A stretch of DNA of 64,000 nucleotides, from the IMG/VR virus record IMGVR_UViG_3300045988_003641, positions 1 through 64,000 of that record; one strand, given 5' to 3'. Below the pieces are notes generated by a model, which was not told where the DNA came from, searched no databases, and was given only the letters and a program-made list of their open reading frames with translations. The position numbers were made by a program, and so were the translations under genes. Shown here piece after piece: positions 7,371-17,289 of this stretch; within the stretch, counting starts at the first letter, position 1, and each line of letters begins with the position of its first letter. Source of the stretch: a virus (Duplodnaviria; Heunggongvirae; Uroviricota; Caudoviricetes).

Positions 7371-8963
7371 ACGTCTATCGAATCCTTATACAATCTCTTT
7401 CCATCACCTTTCCAGAATCTATCTCATACCTTAAAAGCAATAACTCTATAGTCTACTCTATAACCTCTTATCAAATCAACTTAAATAAAAGCCCATAACC
7501 CGAAAGGGAAGGGCAACCGTTTAAACGCTCTATAAAGCTCTATAACAGCCTTATCAACCTAACTTAAGGGATTGCATTAACTCACCCTTAAAAGCTCTTT
7601 ACAGGGCTTTATAGAGGCTTAAAAGAATCTTATAAGGGTGTAAGCTTTATTACCTCGTTAGCTATCTTGTGAACTACTAAAAAGGGCTTGTTAGTGTCTT
7701 AAAAGTATGTTATAGGGGCTTAAAAGTTACGTAAAAGAGGCTATAAAGTTACGTAAATACTAGCCCCCTTAACATTTTCTTAACATTTTCTTAACAATTT
7801 CTTAACAATCCCTACATAGTTATTCTTTTAAGGCACTTGTTAGCAACTTGTTAGCACCTTGTTAAATCTCTGTTAATACCACGTAAAAGCCTTGTAAGAG
7901 TCTTTGACATAGCCTTAAAAGCTCCTGTAAAGCCCTATAAAGAGTTATCTGTACAGTTGGGGTGTAACTACTAGGAAGAGACTTAAAAGAGCTTATAAAG
8001 AGCTATAGAGAGCTTTTAAGAGGTATGTTTAGAGAATCACTAAGAAAGGAAAGGAACGATAAGGAAGAAGTAGTGACCATGTTAACAGCTTGTTAAAAAG
8101 ATTAAATACTTGTTAGAAACTTGTTAATTATCTTAACAAGATAACTCTTAAAAATTAACTTGTTAGCTCTTGTTAGTCATCTGTTAAGATTCTGTAAAGC
8201 CTATGTATCAACTGTTAAGAAACTGTTAAGCCCTTGTTAGTTCTGTTAAGAATCTGTTAAGACCTTTGAAGAGTTGTTAAGAGCTTGAGAGAGCTGTTAA
8301 GAGATTGTTAAGGATATTTTAAAATTTTGCAAAGTACTTGTAAGGGAGCTGTTAAGGGCTACCAAGCAGATATACATCTTCTACAGATATTTTTCAGTTC
8401 CTTCAAAGACCCTAAAAAATGACTTGATAGTCCTATTTTATAAAAATTTTAAAATTCTGAATAATTACCTAGACAGTCTTTTAAAAATACAGGTAATAAC
8501 AGGCTTATAAGATACCTTGTTAGTACCGTGTTAGACCTTGTGAGATAAGGTCTGTAAAGATATTCCTGTTAAGTTTGTTAAAACAGTCTATATAGAGGCT
8601 TAGTAATACCTAGTGAACACCTATAGAGGGTATCATAGGTAACATAGGGATTAAGAGGTGTATAGGAGCTTCTAAGAGGGTATAGAGAGATGGTTAAGGT
8701 GATTGTATAGGTTGTTTAGAAGGCTTGTTAGAAGAGTGTTTAGAAGGGCTATTTAGAAGGGTTATACAGAGGGCTATTAAGACCACTAGATAGTTACTAA
8801 GATACTATATAGTACTATATAACTATATAGAGAGTAAGATTAAGAAGGTTGTTAAGAAGGATAGATATTTTATTCACATATGATGGTGACCAAGAGGTTG
8901 GGACAACCGATAAAATTTTATAAAAATTAAAAAGCCCCCAATTAAGGAGGCTCTTAAGATATT
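7371..8963. repeat. 1.6 kb ORF-free tract with dense short repeats: 30 or more TGTTA(A/G) copies in both orientations, plus TTAGAAGG x4, ACTATATA x3, AAGTTACGTAAA x2
   Basis: No ORF of 60 aa or more on either strand; motif spacing 10-12 bp in the 8100-8360 core. Confidence 0.7.
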
Positions 8964-9587
8964 TTAAATCAGTGTTTCCAGAACTGTCTTCAGTGATGAC
9001 TTGGTTGTCTGATAAAAATGAGTAAATCCATTGTTGTTATCGAATATCTGCATCATGATATCATCACCCTTGATTGGGTAAACTCGGATATCATAGTGAA
9101 AACCATTAAAGACACAAGAGCCATTACAGAATGCACTAAAGTCATCAACTGAGATATACTCTTCATGTCCTGTGATTTTTATACAAACGCCTTTACTCGG
9201 TCTCTTAGGGTTGATATCTTCCATCACAGACATACTCTGTCCACCAAGAGATACCATAGTGACCACTTTACGGTTCTTCTGTTTAAAGTACATCTTAACT
9301 TTCTGCAAAGTGTCTTCATAGAATGGATAAGACTTCTCTACAAAGATTCCTTCAAGTGGCTCTTTACCATTTTCAACTTCTCGGTTATGCCGTACTGCAA
9401 AGATAATTTGTTCGAACCAGTCAAGATTTTCTTCGGAGAGTGCTTCCCGAACATCCTTCCAGTCAAGTACTAAGTAGTTACCTTCAACTTCTTTTAAGTT
9501 ATCTTTTTCCATATCTATCACACCATTATCGTAAAACTTGATATTCTGGTACTGCGAATTTATTACTATTATTCTTGATGAGGTCAT
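8964..9587 (-). CDS. hypothetical protein
   Basis: ORF 207 aa; alternative start at 9512 would remove 62-nt overlap with upstream gene. Confidence 0.5.
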   Translation of the reverse strand: MTSSRIIVINSQYQNIKFYDNGVIDMEKDNLKEVEGNYLVLDWKDVREALSEENLDWFEQIIFAVRHNREVENGKEPLEGIFVEKSYPFYEDTLQKVKMYFKQKNRKVVTMVSLGGQSMSVMEDINPKRPSKGVCIKITGHEEYISVDDFSAFCNGSCVFNGFHYDIRVYPIKGDDIMMQIFDNNNGFTHFYQTTKSSLKTVLETLI

Positions 9588-9990
9588 CCTCTGAAACTAA
9601 AAATGTAATACCACATAAGTGTCTGTAACGACTATCATACTCGAATATCTTAAACAGATATTTACCATCATGATAAACCTGTTGCACTTCACCTTCTGCA
9701 ACAATCTCGCCTGTAATAAAATTTTTTAGTTTATACACATTACCAACCTTAGGTACTGTTTTCATCTCAGGCTCTTTTAGTGCTACACCTATTTTTACAT
9801 CACCGAGTAAATGAGAACTCTCAAAAGCTACGTGTTTCATATAGGCTTCTGAGCATTCCCAAATAAAACAATGTACAAGAACCTTAGCAGCATGTCTTGA
9901 GCAGTTCAACTTATCACAAATTTCTGTGTACATCTCATCTTTAGTAGAATTGTCAAGCATTGCTCTTTGCACTACTTCTTTAATTTTCAT
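9526..9990 (-). CDS. hypothetical protein
   Basis: ORF 154 aa. Confidence 0.55.
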   Translation of the reverse strand: MKIKEVVQRAMLDNSTKDEMYTEICDKLNCSRHAAKVLVHCFIWECSEAYMKHVAFESSHLLGDVKIGVALKEPEMKTVPKVGNVYKLKNFITGEIVAEGEVQQVYHDGKYLFKIFEYDSRYRHLCGITFLVSEDDLIKNNSNKFAVPEYQVLR

Positions 9991-10408
9991 AAGCTCTCCG
10001 AATAACCCTATTAAGCATCTCTAAAGTCAGCTTTCCAGATTCTAAATGTGGCATAACAAGCTTTAAAGCTTTTTCAACATCATGCACAACATCTATTATA
10101 CCTTCCGCGTAGGCTTCTACAAGGATATCTTTTACATTTTGTGATTTACCTTTTTGTGGTATCACTAGACGCATATCAAACTCATTTGCTTGAGGATGGT
10201 TCTTACCACGCCAGAAACCGTCCTTATCAAAGCTTATAAAGTTATCCTCATTAAAATTAATACCACAAACCTTAAACTTATCTAAAACTATGCAGTTGAG
10301 AGGGTAATCATCACTTGCATCATTCATTCCAAGAAACTTAACAGTAGTTATATACCTCTGTGTCTTTGCATCTACAACGTCAAGCTCTTTACCTATAAGT
10401 TCTTTCAT
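9980..10408 (-). CDS. hypothetical protein
   Basis: ORF 142 aa, operon-style overlap with neighbour. Confidence 0.55.
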   Translation of the reverse strand: MKELIGKELDVVDAKTQRYITTVKFLGMNDASDDYPLNCIVLDKFKVCGINFNEDNFISFDKDGFWRGKNHPQANEFDMRLVIPQKGKSQNVKDILVEAYAEGIIDVVHDVEKALKLVMPHLESGKLTLEMLNRVIRRAYEN

Positions 10409-10461
10409 TTCGCTACCTTCTAAGTTCCTACAAAGGGGCTATCAAGTAACCCCTCAAGTTA

Positions 10462-10686
10462 TTACTCAGATTTTTCAGTCTTCTTATCAGATTTCTTACT
10501 AGTCTTCTTCTCAGCTTTCTGTTCAGGCTCCTTCTCAGAAGTTGCCTTAATAACCATATCAAGAAGCTCTGATAAGTCACTCTTCAGAAGTGTTACAGGC
10601 TGCTCGTTGTAGAAGTTTTTGTCAAGATAAACTTTGAATTCTTCTATAGAAGGAAATCCAAAAATTGGTACAGGTGTCTTAATCAT
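10462..10686 (-). CDS. hypothetical protein with Lys/Glu-rich C-terminal tail
   Basis: ORF 74 aa. Confidence 0.45.
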   Translation of the reverse strand: MIKTPVPIFGFPSIEEFKVYLDKNFYNEQPVTLLKSDLSELLDMVIKATSEKEPEQKAEKKTSKKSDKKTEKSE

Positions 10687-10762
10687 TACTTAGTCTCTCC
10701 ATAGGCATCTTTTAAGATTGCCTTGTTAATCATTTCAGCGATTGCAAAACGAACACATACAG

Positions 10763-11296
10763 CTATAATTGTAGGTTGCATTCTTTACTTACCTCTTCAA
10801 GTTTAACCTCAGAATCCTTAAGTCGTTTCTTATGAACTCTGAACCTCATTAGTGAAATGATGATACCAGCTAAAGGAACAGCATACAAGTACCAAACATC
10901 ATGTACCTTTGCAGTAATCTGTGTAATGGTCAAGTCTTGAGCTATACAACTGATTGCTGATACTGTCAGTAACATTGCTAAGAAGAACGCCAGTACCATA
11001 ACAATACTTAGGCAGCCTCTGGCATGGTGTTCATGCTTAATACACTTGTTCTTTTCGTCAACAACCCTGTTGTAGTCGTTTGTAAAGTCTCTGTAGAAAG
11101 CTTTCAAGTACTCTTGACTGTAGCCCTCAAAGCAACCTGTACCGTACCAATAATCACCACCAAAATGTGCTATGATACCGGTATCTCCATTCGGTTTGGT
11201 TACTCTTAGTGAAGTATGATGACCAGTCTTCTGATAATCTATCTTGTATCTTTCTTCGTAAATCATTTCCCAACCCCTCTCAATCGTTTGTTCCAC
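10763..11296 (-). CDS. putative membrane protein (two hydrophobic helices)
   Basis: ORF 177 aa with segments LSIVMVLAFFLAMLLTVSAI and YLYAVPLAGIIISL. Confidence 0.5.
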   Translation of the reverse strand: MEQTIERGWEMIYEERYKIDYQKTGHHTSLRVTKPNGDTGIIAHFGGDYWYGTGCFEGYSQEYLKAFYRDFTNDYNRVVDEKNKCIKHEHHARGCLSIVMVLAFFLAMLLTVSAISCIAQDLTITQITAKVHDVWYLYAVPLAGIIISLMRFRVHKKRLKDSEVKLEEVSKECNLQL

Positions 11297-11481
11297 TCAA
11301 GGTCAACAAGCCTTTGCAGGACTTTACCTCTAGGTGTTACACCTTTTAAATCTGCATCGTAGCAACGGTAAAAGTCACCTTCAGCGTGTTTACCGTAGCA
11401 TTTTCTGATATTCTGGCTCCTACGATACTGCTCTAACAGGGACAGTTTGTAGTAGTCTTCAACTGTAGTTAGTTTTTTCAT
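11263..11481 (-). CDS. hypothetical protein
   Basis: ORF 72 aa. Confidence 0.4.
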   Translation of the reverse strand: MKKLTTVEDYYKLSLLEQYRRSQNIRKCYGKHAEGDFYRCYDADLKGVTPRGKVLQRLVDLEWNKRLRGVGK

Positions 11482-11564
11482 TCTTTTACCATGTCTCTTA
11501 TCTAGAAACTAAAAAGGGAACTACCTCTCGATAGCTCCCATCATAATCAGTGTTGTATACTCGG

Positions 11565-12146
11565 TCAAGAGTATTTTTTAGGCAGCAATGCACTGCGCTT
11601 GTTACTCTCTTCACTCAATAGTGCAATGAAATCATCACTTTTACCTTTCCACGGGCTGAATGAAGGGATATGTTCGCGGATAGCCTCAATCACTGTTTTA
11701 AGTGCTGTGTTCTTCATCCACCAATCAGAATCTGCTGATGCTACCACGTAGTATCCACCGTCATCAGTTAAAATTGGCTCTGAAATACATGGTGAAATCA
11801 AAGTGGTGATGATTGAACCGTTGTTCATGTAGTATGTGCGCTTCATAACCTTTTCAAGAAGCTTGTGAAGGTCACCAAACAGTGTTACAAGTTCTTTGTG
11901 GTCGATGTCTTTTTCGAGGCTTGCTCGGTACTTCAATAGTGCGGCATCAACCTCTCTGTCATTGAACTTGAAATATTGAACTTCTTCAACAAGGCAAACA
12001 CTGATGTTGTTAACATTCATAGTCAACTTACAAACTTTTACAGGAGAGTTGATATTTGGTTGAAAAAGTGCAATACACCCTTCAATATTTCCAAAATGCT
12101 GTACCAGTGTTACTTGTGGAGTGATATTCTGTTGCTCTTCGGACAT
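11565..12146 (-). CDS. hypothetical protein
   Basis: ORF 193 aa. Confidence 0.55.
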   Translation of the reverse strand: MSEEQQNITPQVTLVQHFGNIEGCIALFQPNINSPVKVCKLTMNVNNISVCLVEEVQYFKFNDREVDAALLKYRASLEKDIDHKELVTLFGDLHKLLEKVMKRTYYMNNGSIITTLISPCISEPILTDDGGYYVVASADSDWWMKNTALKTVIEAIREHIPSFSPWKGKSDDFIALLSEESNKRSALLPKKYS

Positions 12147-12490
12147 TACAGGTTCCTCATTAAATACTTTTTAAGTTGTGTGTTTGGTTTCTCAAAAACT
12201 TCTATAGAAGATATCTTTACAGATTCACCACGCATACCAGTATGTTTGAATATATAGTACTCTAACATCCCTATGTACTTTGCTGGCAAGTCATACTTGA
12301 CATACACCGTTACAGAATCTTCAAACTCAACAACCTTTGTACCATCTTTGTAGTTAAACTCTTTAGGATGGTTGTAGTTGTCTATATCGTACATTAAAAA
12401 GAGTCTTTTCCGTTGCATATCAAGCTTATTGGTTAAAGACTCTTTGATATCTGAGAAGTTTTTGTACACTGTGACATGGAGCTTACTCAT
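12146..12490 (-). CDS. hypothetical protein
   Basis: ORF 114 aa. Confidence 0.55.
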   Translation of the reverse strand: MSKLHVTVYKNFSDIKESLTNKLDMQRKRLFLMYDIDNYNHPKEFNYKDGTKVVEFEDSVTVYVKYDLPAKYIGMLEYYIFKHTGMRGESVKISSIEVFEKPNTQLKKYLMRNL

Positions 12491-12776
12491 CGTTAAACTC
12501 TCTGACGAAGAAATAGTTGACTTTATTATTACCTACCATAAGGTCAAAGCAGGTGTTCTCAAAAGGCTTGTTGTAGGCATCATATGAAGTGTACGTATCA
12601 GCTACTTGCTTAGTAGTGAGCTTTTTACTTGATGGATTTAAGAGGCCACCATACAGTTTCTTGATAGCCTCTTCTACAACAGACCAGATGATTTCGTCAG
12701 TAATTTCTTCGTACAGGTCAAGTTCACGCTCTAGTGAGAAGTCACAAATTGGGAAAATAACCTGTACTTTACTCAT
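12483..12776 (-). CDS. hypothetical protein
   Basis: ORF 97 aa, 8-nt overlap with neighbour. Confidence 0.55.
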   Translation of the reverse strand: MSKVQVIFPICDFSLERELDLYEEITDEIIWSVVEEAIKKLYGGLLNPSSKKLTTKQVADTYTSYDAYNKPFENTCFDLMVGNNKVNYFFVREFNDE

Positions 12777-13171
12777 TAACGAATAACCTGTGAGACTTGA
12801 ATTGCTTCAGTTACTGATAAGTCACCCACTTTCTCTTCTTTGATAAAAGTGAAGGTGAGTTCAACAGGCTCTTGCTCTTCTTGCTCAACAGGAACACCAT
12901 TAAGCTCATCAAAGATTGATTGAGTTGTCCAGTCTTCTCCACCATCTGGGTAGTGGATGGCATAAAGAGGAAACTCTAAATTATACCAAGCAAAAACAGG
13001 GCAACCATCTACATCATCTCGGCATCTGTGGAGATATGTGTTTGTACCTTCAAAATGCAAATGTAGATTACCATTCTTCTCAAAGAGAATAGCATCTTGC
13101 AGGTCTAATTCCTCATTTTCGCTGTAACGGCTGACATCAACTTTAACGTGAATATGACTGTTATTATTCAT
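12776..13171 (-). CDS. hypothetical protein
   Basis: ORF 131 aa. Confidence 0.55.
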   Translation of the reverse strand: MNNNSHIHVKVDVSRYSENEELDLQDAILFEKNGNLHLHFEGTNTYLHRCRDDVDGCPVFAWYNLEFPLYAIHYPDGGEDWTTQSIFDELNGVPVEQEEQEPVELTFTFIKEEKVGDLSVTEAIQVSQVIR

Positions 13172-13562
13172 AAAAACCTCTCTCTGCTTGTTCGATTTTC
13201 GCTTTTAGAACTTCACACCGTTCAATGTGATATCTGGCTTCATTCTCATGTGTCGCCAAAGTTCTTTCAAGAATGGTTTTATAGTAACCTGCAAGCTGCT
13301 CTCTTGTCAATGGGTTCTCTGAAATAATATCGAGACCACTTTCACCCAGAGTATTAAACTGCCCATGTTCATTTACATGATAAGTCTCAAACTTGAATAA
13401 ACCGTTATTAGCAGCCTCAATAGGTGAGAGTTCAACCAACTCAACGGTGAACATTGTATGCACCCTATCACCAACTGTAACAATGTTACTTCCAATGATG
13501 CGTACAAGCGAACCATTACGAGTGTACTTAAAAGTCCCAAAGTCACTAGCCCAAAGCTTCAT
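13164..13562 (-). CDS. hypothetical protein
   Basis: ORF 132 aa with AAGGAG-type RBS. Confidence 0.55.
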   Translation of the reverse strand: MKLWASDFGTFKYTRNGSLVRIIGSNIVTVGDRVHTMFTVELVELSPIEAANNGLFKFETYHVNEHGQFNTLGESGLDIISENPLTREQLAGYYKTILERTLATHENEARYHIERCEVLKAKIEQAERGFYE

Positions 13563-13576
13563 AGTTTTCTCCTTAG

Positions 13577-13603
13577 AAAATAAAAAAGGCTCCCGAAGGA
13601 GCC
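13577..13603 (-). terminator. rho-independent terminator (minus strand) downstream of endolysin gene
   Basis: GGCTCC-cgaa-GGAGCC hairpin followed by T-tract on minus strand. Confidence 0.6.
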
Positions 13604-13613
13604 TATGAAGATA

Positions 13614-14078
13614 TTACTTTGGATATACGCTGTCAAGATAAATATCAGCTTCCATTCTACGTCTGTTTTTCAGACCGTTTGAAGTGACCTTCTTACCTTT
13701 GACTGTAACCTTGTTCCACCACTGCATAGCTTCTGCACAACCTACCTTATTACCAGCATTGTGGCGCTTGATAAATGTAGAATCCTGCATAGCTGTGATA
13801 CCGATGTTGTATGTTTCACTTACAAGTGCATCGAACTCATTCTGAGAAGTTGGAACCTTGATAGATTTGTTCACTGCTGCGACAAACTTTTCAACATCTG
13901 CAAGAAGATACTGTTCAGCCTGTTCAGCAGTAATTTTCATACCCATCTTAACAGGTTTTCCGTCAATACGGATTGTACCATACCCGATTGTTGGGATTCC
14001 GGCAGAGTCTTCGTAAGCCTCTAACTTCAGACCTTCAAAGAACTTAATAGCTTCTAAACCTTTTCTTGAGAGTTGCAT
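13614..14078 (-). CDS. endolysin, T4-lysozyme-like (GH24 muramidase)
   Basis: N-terminal FEGLKLEAYEDSAGIPTIGYG reproduces the Glu-8aa-Asp-5aa-Thr catalytic spacing of T4 lysozyme. Confidence 0.85.
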   Translation of the reverse strand: MQLSRKGLEAIKFFEGLKLEAYEDSAGIPTIGYGTIRIDGKPVKMGMKITAEQAEQYLLADVEKFVAAVNKSIKVPTSQNEFDALVSETYNIGITAMQDSTFIKRHNAGNKVGCAEAMQWWNKVTVKGKKVTSNGLKNRRRMEADIYLDSVYPK

Positions 14079-15211
14079 TATGCCTCCCCTGCTGGGTTAA
14101 CTGTAACTGTTGCCGCATTAGATGTTACAGAGCCACCTGCACCAGTAACTACACAAGTGTAGCTTCCTGCATCAGCAGCAGTTGCACCTTCTTTGGTGTA
14201 AGTTGCAGTAGTTGCGTCTAGGATGTTTTCCTCACCCTTCTTCCACTGATAACCTGTTGCACCAGTAGCCACAACATTCAGCGTTAAGGTCTCACCTTCG
14301 GTGATTTCTTGATTGGTTGGCTGCTGAGTGATAACTGGCAAAGCATTTACCGTGATTGTTGCAGGGTTAGAAGTAACAGAACCTCCAGCACCAGTTACAA
14401 CACAAGTATATGAGCCTGCATCTGCTGGCAGTGCACCAGACTTGCTATAGGTAGCGTTTGTAGCTGAAGGGATGTCAGAGCCATCTTTCTTCCACTGGTA
14501 ACCTGTTGCACCTGTTGCAGTCACTGATAGACTGATGTTTCCACCTTCATTAATGGTCTGGCTAGAAGGTTGCTGTGTAATCACAGGCAGTGCGTTAACA
14601 GTAACCGTTGCTGCATCTGAGGTGACACTTGTTCCACCCTCTCCAGATACAACACAAGTGTATGAACCAGCATCAGAAGGTGCTACGGATTGTTTTGTGT
14701 AAGTTGCAGAAGTGGCACTGGAGATGTCCTCACCATCCTTCTTCCACTGATATCCAGTGGCGTTAGTTGCTAGAACACTTAAAGTAAGTGTGCCACCCTC
14801 ATTGACTGTTTGGCCTGTTGGTTGCTGAGTAATTACTGGTGGCTTAATAGCATCCTTCAGCTTAGCATTCAACATTGAGAACGGCTTAACTCTTGCCAGC
14901 CATTCACAATACACTGTGTCAACGTCTTTACCATTGATGATTGCATACTGTAAATCCATGAAGAAATCAGCAGTCCTCATCTGTGCACCAACACTGTAAA
15001 GGAGTTCATCACTAAAAGGAACTTTGTAGTCTGGTTTGTAGTCAAACTTCGCAACCTCTGCAATATCAGCTTCAGGCCAATATGAGCTATAGGTGAGTGG
15101 TAAAATAGCTTCTTGATATGTTCTAAAATCATATCTCTTACCAGCCTTTACATTTGCAACGAAGCCCTTTACAAATTCTTTGAAGTCTGGGTAAGTCTTT
15201 GCTTTAATCAT
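14078..15211 (-). CDS. protein with N-terminal domain plus three tandem Ig-like repeats
   Basis: Three about 90-aa repeats PVITQQP...ATGATGYQWKKDG...AGSYTCVV; N-domain paralogous to 15208-15579. Confidence 0.7.
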   Translation of the reverse strand: MIKAKTYPDFKEFVKGFVANVKAGKRYDFRTYQEAILPLTYSSYWPEADIAEVAKFDYKPDYKVPFSDELLYSVGAQMRTADFFMDLQYAIINGKDVDTVYCEWLARVKPFSMLNAKLKDAIKPPVITQQPTGQTVNEGGTLTLSVLATNATGYQWKKDGEDISSATSATYTKQSVAPSDAGSYTCVVSGEGGTSVTSDAATVTVNALPVITQQPSSQTINEGGNISLSVTATGATGYQWKKDGSDIPSATNATYSKSGALPADAGSYTCVVTGAGGSVTSNPATITVNALPVITQQPTNQEITEGETLTLNVVATGATGYQWKKGEENILDATTATYTKEGATAADAGSYTCVVTGAGGSVTSNAATVTVNPAGEA

Positions 15212-15579
15212 TTCTTTTTAGCCTCTAAACGTGCGTTTAATCTAAAATAGCCTTTGTGTTGTGGAGACACATCACCAACAACGATACCTTCAACCTTATA
15301 ACCTTTACCGATTACATACTGGATATCCATAAGAAATGTACCAAGTCCGACAATGTGGAACATTGGGTACAATAACTTATCTGAATCTGGGAGATTAATA
15401 TCTGGGATGTAGGTAGGTTGTTTACTAGTGGGTGTGATATCTTCTTCAGGCCATTTGCTAAGTCTCCATGTTAAAGGTGATGCAATAACATCATTAAGAT
15501 TATATCTCTCACCTTTCTCCACAGAATTAATATAGGATTGTAGGAAGCAATAAAAGTCTTTTGCACTCTTAGCCTTCAT
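15208..15579 (-). CDS. hypothetical protein, paralog of the N-terminal domain of the Ig-repeat protein
   Basis: Shares FMDLQY core and flanks with N-terminus of 14078-15211. Confidence 0.6.
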   Translation of the reverse strand: MKAKSAKDFYCFLQSYINSVEKGERYNLNDVIASPLTWRLSKWPEEDITPTSKQPTYIPDINLPDSDKLLYPMFHIVGLGTFLMDIQYVIGKGYKVEGIVVGDVSPQHKGYFRLNARLEAKKK

Positions 15580-15626
15580 TAAATATCCTTATAAATAGAT
15601 AAAGGGGCATTAGCCCCTGTTTATAC

Positions 15627-16217
15627 TTAAGCTTTGGTCTTAAGTAGGTTTTTAAGCTTTTTGAGATTCATGCTCTCGTCAAACTTAAAACCAAATCCAT
15701 TGACATAATCAATGAACTCGGATTTCTTGCTAAGTGATAATGCGTAACTCATATCAAAGTTATTACTTGTTTCTGCGTCTGGACTAGAGTTCACATCAAA
15801 TGAAATCTCTGTAGGCTCTTGCTTGCTACTTCTCATATTGTCAATCAATAGACAGGTATAGTTCGCTGGATAGAAGTTAACACTCCCATCAACATACCCA
15901 TACTTATTATTATGAATAAGGTTTGAAAATACCTTAAGAAATGTTTCTGAGTCGTGGCATACAAGTTTGAATTGACTGCATTCCCCAAGAGCCACTAAAG
16001 AGTAAGGGCTTTCACTATCAATGTCATAGTTTGGATTTGATGTTGTAACCGTCACACGCATCAAGTTATTAGCGATAGTCTTCTGCTTGAAAGAATTTGG
16101 GACATAGTGAAGACCTCTATCACACTGATTAACTAACTCTTTAAGTAGGTCGTTTGCATATGGTGAATTAATTGATACAGAGCCATCACTATTATAATTA
16201 AAACTTACTGTTAACAT
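15627..16217 (-). CDS. hypothetical protein
   Basis: ORF 196 aa. Confidence 0.55.
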   Translation of the reverse strand: MLTVSFNYNSDGSVSINSPYANDLLKELVNQCDRGLHYVPNSFKQKTIANNLMRVTVTTSNPNYDIDSESPYSLVALGECSQFKLVCHDSETFLKVFSNLIHNNKYGYVDGSVNFYPANYTCLLIDNMRSSKQEPTEISFDVNSSPDAETSNNFDMSYALSLSKKSEFIDYVNGFGFKFDESMNLKKLKNLLKTKA

Positions 16218-16444
16218 TTTTCAGTTCTCCTGCGATTTATGATTTTGCTGCAATAGAGAAACGAAGTAAACTCACTGGAAGAAACCATTAAGTGTTGTTC
16301 ACTAGATTGAGCCATTGCCCTGAAATACATTCCAGTCAAAGCATCGTAGTGACTATTCTTTCCAATTGAGGTTATATAGCCATGACTCTTTGCAGTTTTA
16401 TATAAATCTATAATATCTGCGATTTCTAATTGGGAACTACACAT
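16211..16444 (-). CDS. hypothetical protein
   Basis: ORF 77 aa. Confidence 0.45.
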   Translation of the reverse strand: MCSSQLEIADIIDLYKTAKSHGYITSIGKNSHYDALTGMYFRAMAQSSEQHLMVSSSEFTSFLYCSKIINRRRTEKC

Positions 16445-16608
16445 AGATAATCCTCTTGTCTTCTGTAATTTTGAAAGAACAGGTACAGACCAATTTCAGA
16501 GGATGAATAGTAGAGTAACTCTACCCTTTTTGATTCCTTACAGTGATTGGTATTTTTACCTTTCTTCGGGTTGTTTGATTTTCTCATTAAGTCTCCTTTG
16601 TAGAACAA
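16426..16608 (-). CDS. hypothetical protein
   Basis: ORF 60 aa, first gene of minus cluster. Confidence 0.35.
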   Translation of the reverse strand: MFYKGDLMRKSNNPKKGKNTNHCKESKRVELLYYSSSEIGLYLFFQNYRRQEDYLCVVPN

Positions 16609-16684
16609 GGCAGACCTACAGCTTTAAGTAAGATGGTACAGTAATCCATACAACAAGTCAAGAACTATTGCAAGTTAAAAAAGT

Positions 16685-16727
16685 TGTTGACAAAGTACTT
16701 GACAAGGTGTAGGCTTATAAATACTTA
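16685..16727 (+). promoter_or_regulatory. conserved tandem-TTGACA element with candidate promoter in divergent intergenic region
   Basis: GTTGACAAAGTACTTGACAAGGTG, near-identical copy at 59415-59440. Confidence 0.45.
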
Positions 16728-16836
16728 GAAGATAACTTAAAAGGTTCCTCTAAAAAGGCTATTTAAACAGATATCTTTCTGGATATCTATCTTTTATCTT
16801 AAAAGCCTTTTAAGAGGTCTTATAAGAGGCATACCA

Positions 16837-17208
16837 ATGAAAAACAGAACAAACAAAGGCCAGTTTAAAAAAGGCCAGTCTGGAAACCCATCTGGAAGAC
16901 CAAAAGGCTCTCGTAACAAAAGCTCACTTGTAAAAGCTCAACTGACCATTGATAATTCTGCTGAGTTTGCTGCAAAGTTGTTTGAGGCGGTTGTTACAAG
17001 GGATGCTGCTAAGCTTGCAGAGTTCGGTTTGACGACTGACGATGTAAACCTGAAGTCGATGATGGAGGCTGGTAAAACCATCATGACTCACTCAGCAGGT
17101 GAGATGAAAGCGATTGCAGCAGACACTAAGAAGACCCCTGATAATGGTGGTCAGTCTCAGACAGATAACAAACCAACGTTCTCTGCTGTAGCGACTCTCA
17201 AAAAATAA
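16837..17208 (+). CDS. hypothetical basic protein with GNPSGRPKG motif
   Basis: ORF 123 aa; N-terminal KGQFKKGQSGNPSGRPKGSRNK. Confidence 0.55.
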   Translation: MKNRTNKGQFKKGQSGNPSGRPKGSRNKSSLVKAQLTIDNSAEFAAKLFEAVVTRDAAKLAEFGLTTDDVNLKSMMEAGKTIMTHSAGEMKAIAADTKKTPDNGGQSQTDNKPTFSAVATLKK

Positions 17209-17220
17209 TTTTAAAAGGTG

Positions 17221-17256
17221 TTGACAGACTCTACAAAGTTGCTCTAAAGTCTGTCA
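17221..17256 (+). promoter_or_regulatory. promoter (TTGACA-18-TAAAGT) embedded in 9-bp inverted repeat, candidate operator
   Basis: TGACAGACT at 17222-17230 and AGTCTGTCA at 17248-17256 bracket the -35/-10. Confidence 0.45.
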
Positions 17257-17289
17257 CATCAACAAACAAATGAGAGAAGAGAGTAAAAT

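Noticed and set aside
9165-9473. 102-aa plus-strand ORF
   Set aside because: Antisense within minus-strand gene 8964-9587, Phe/Leu-rich low-complexity product
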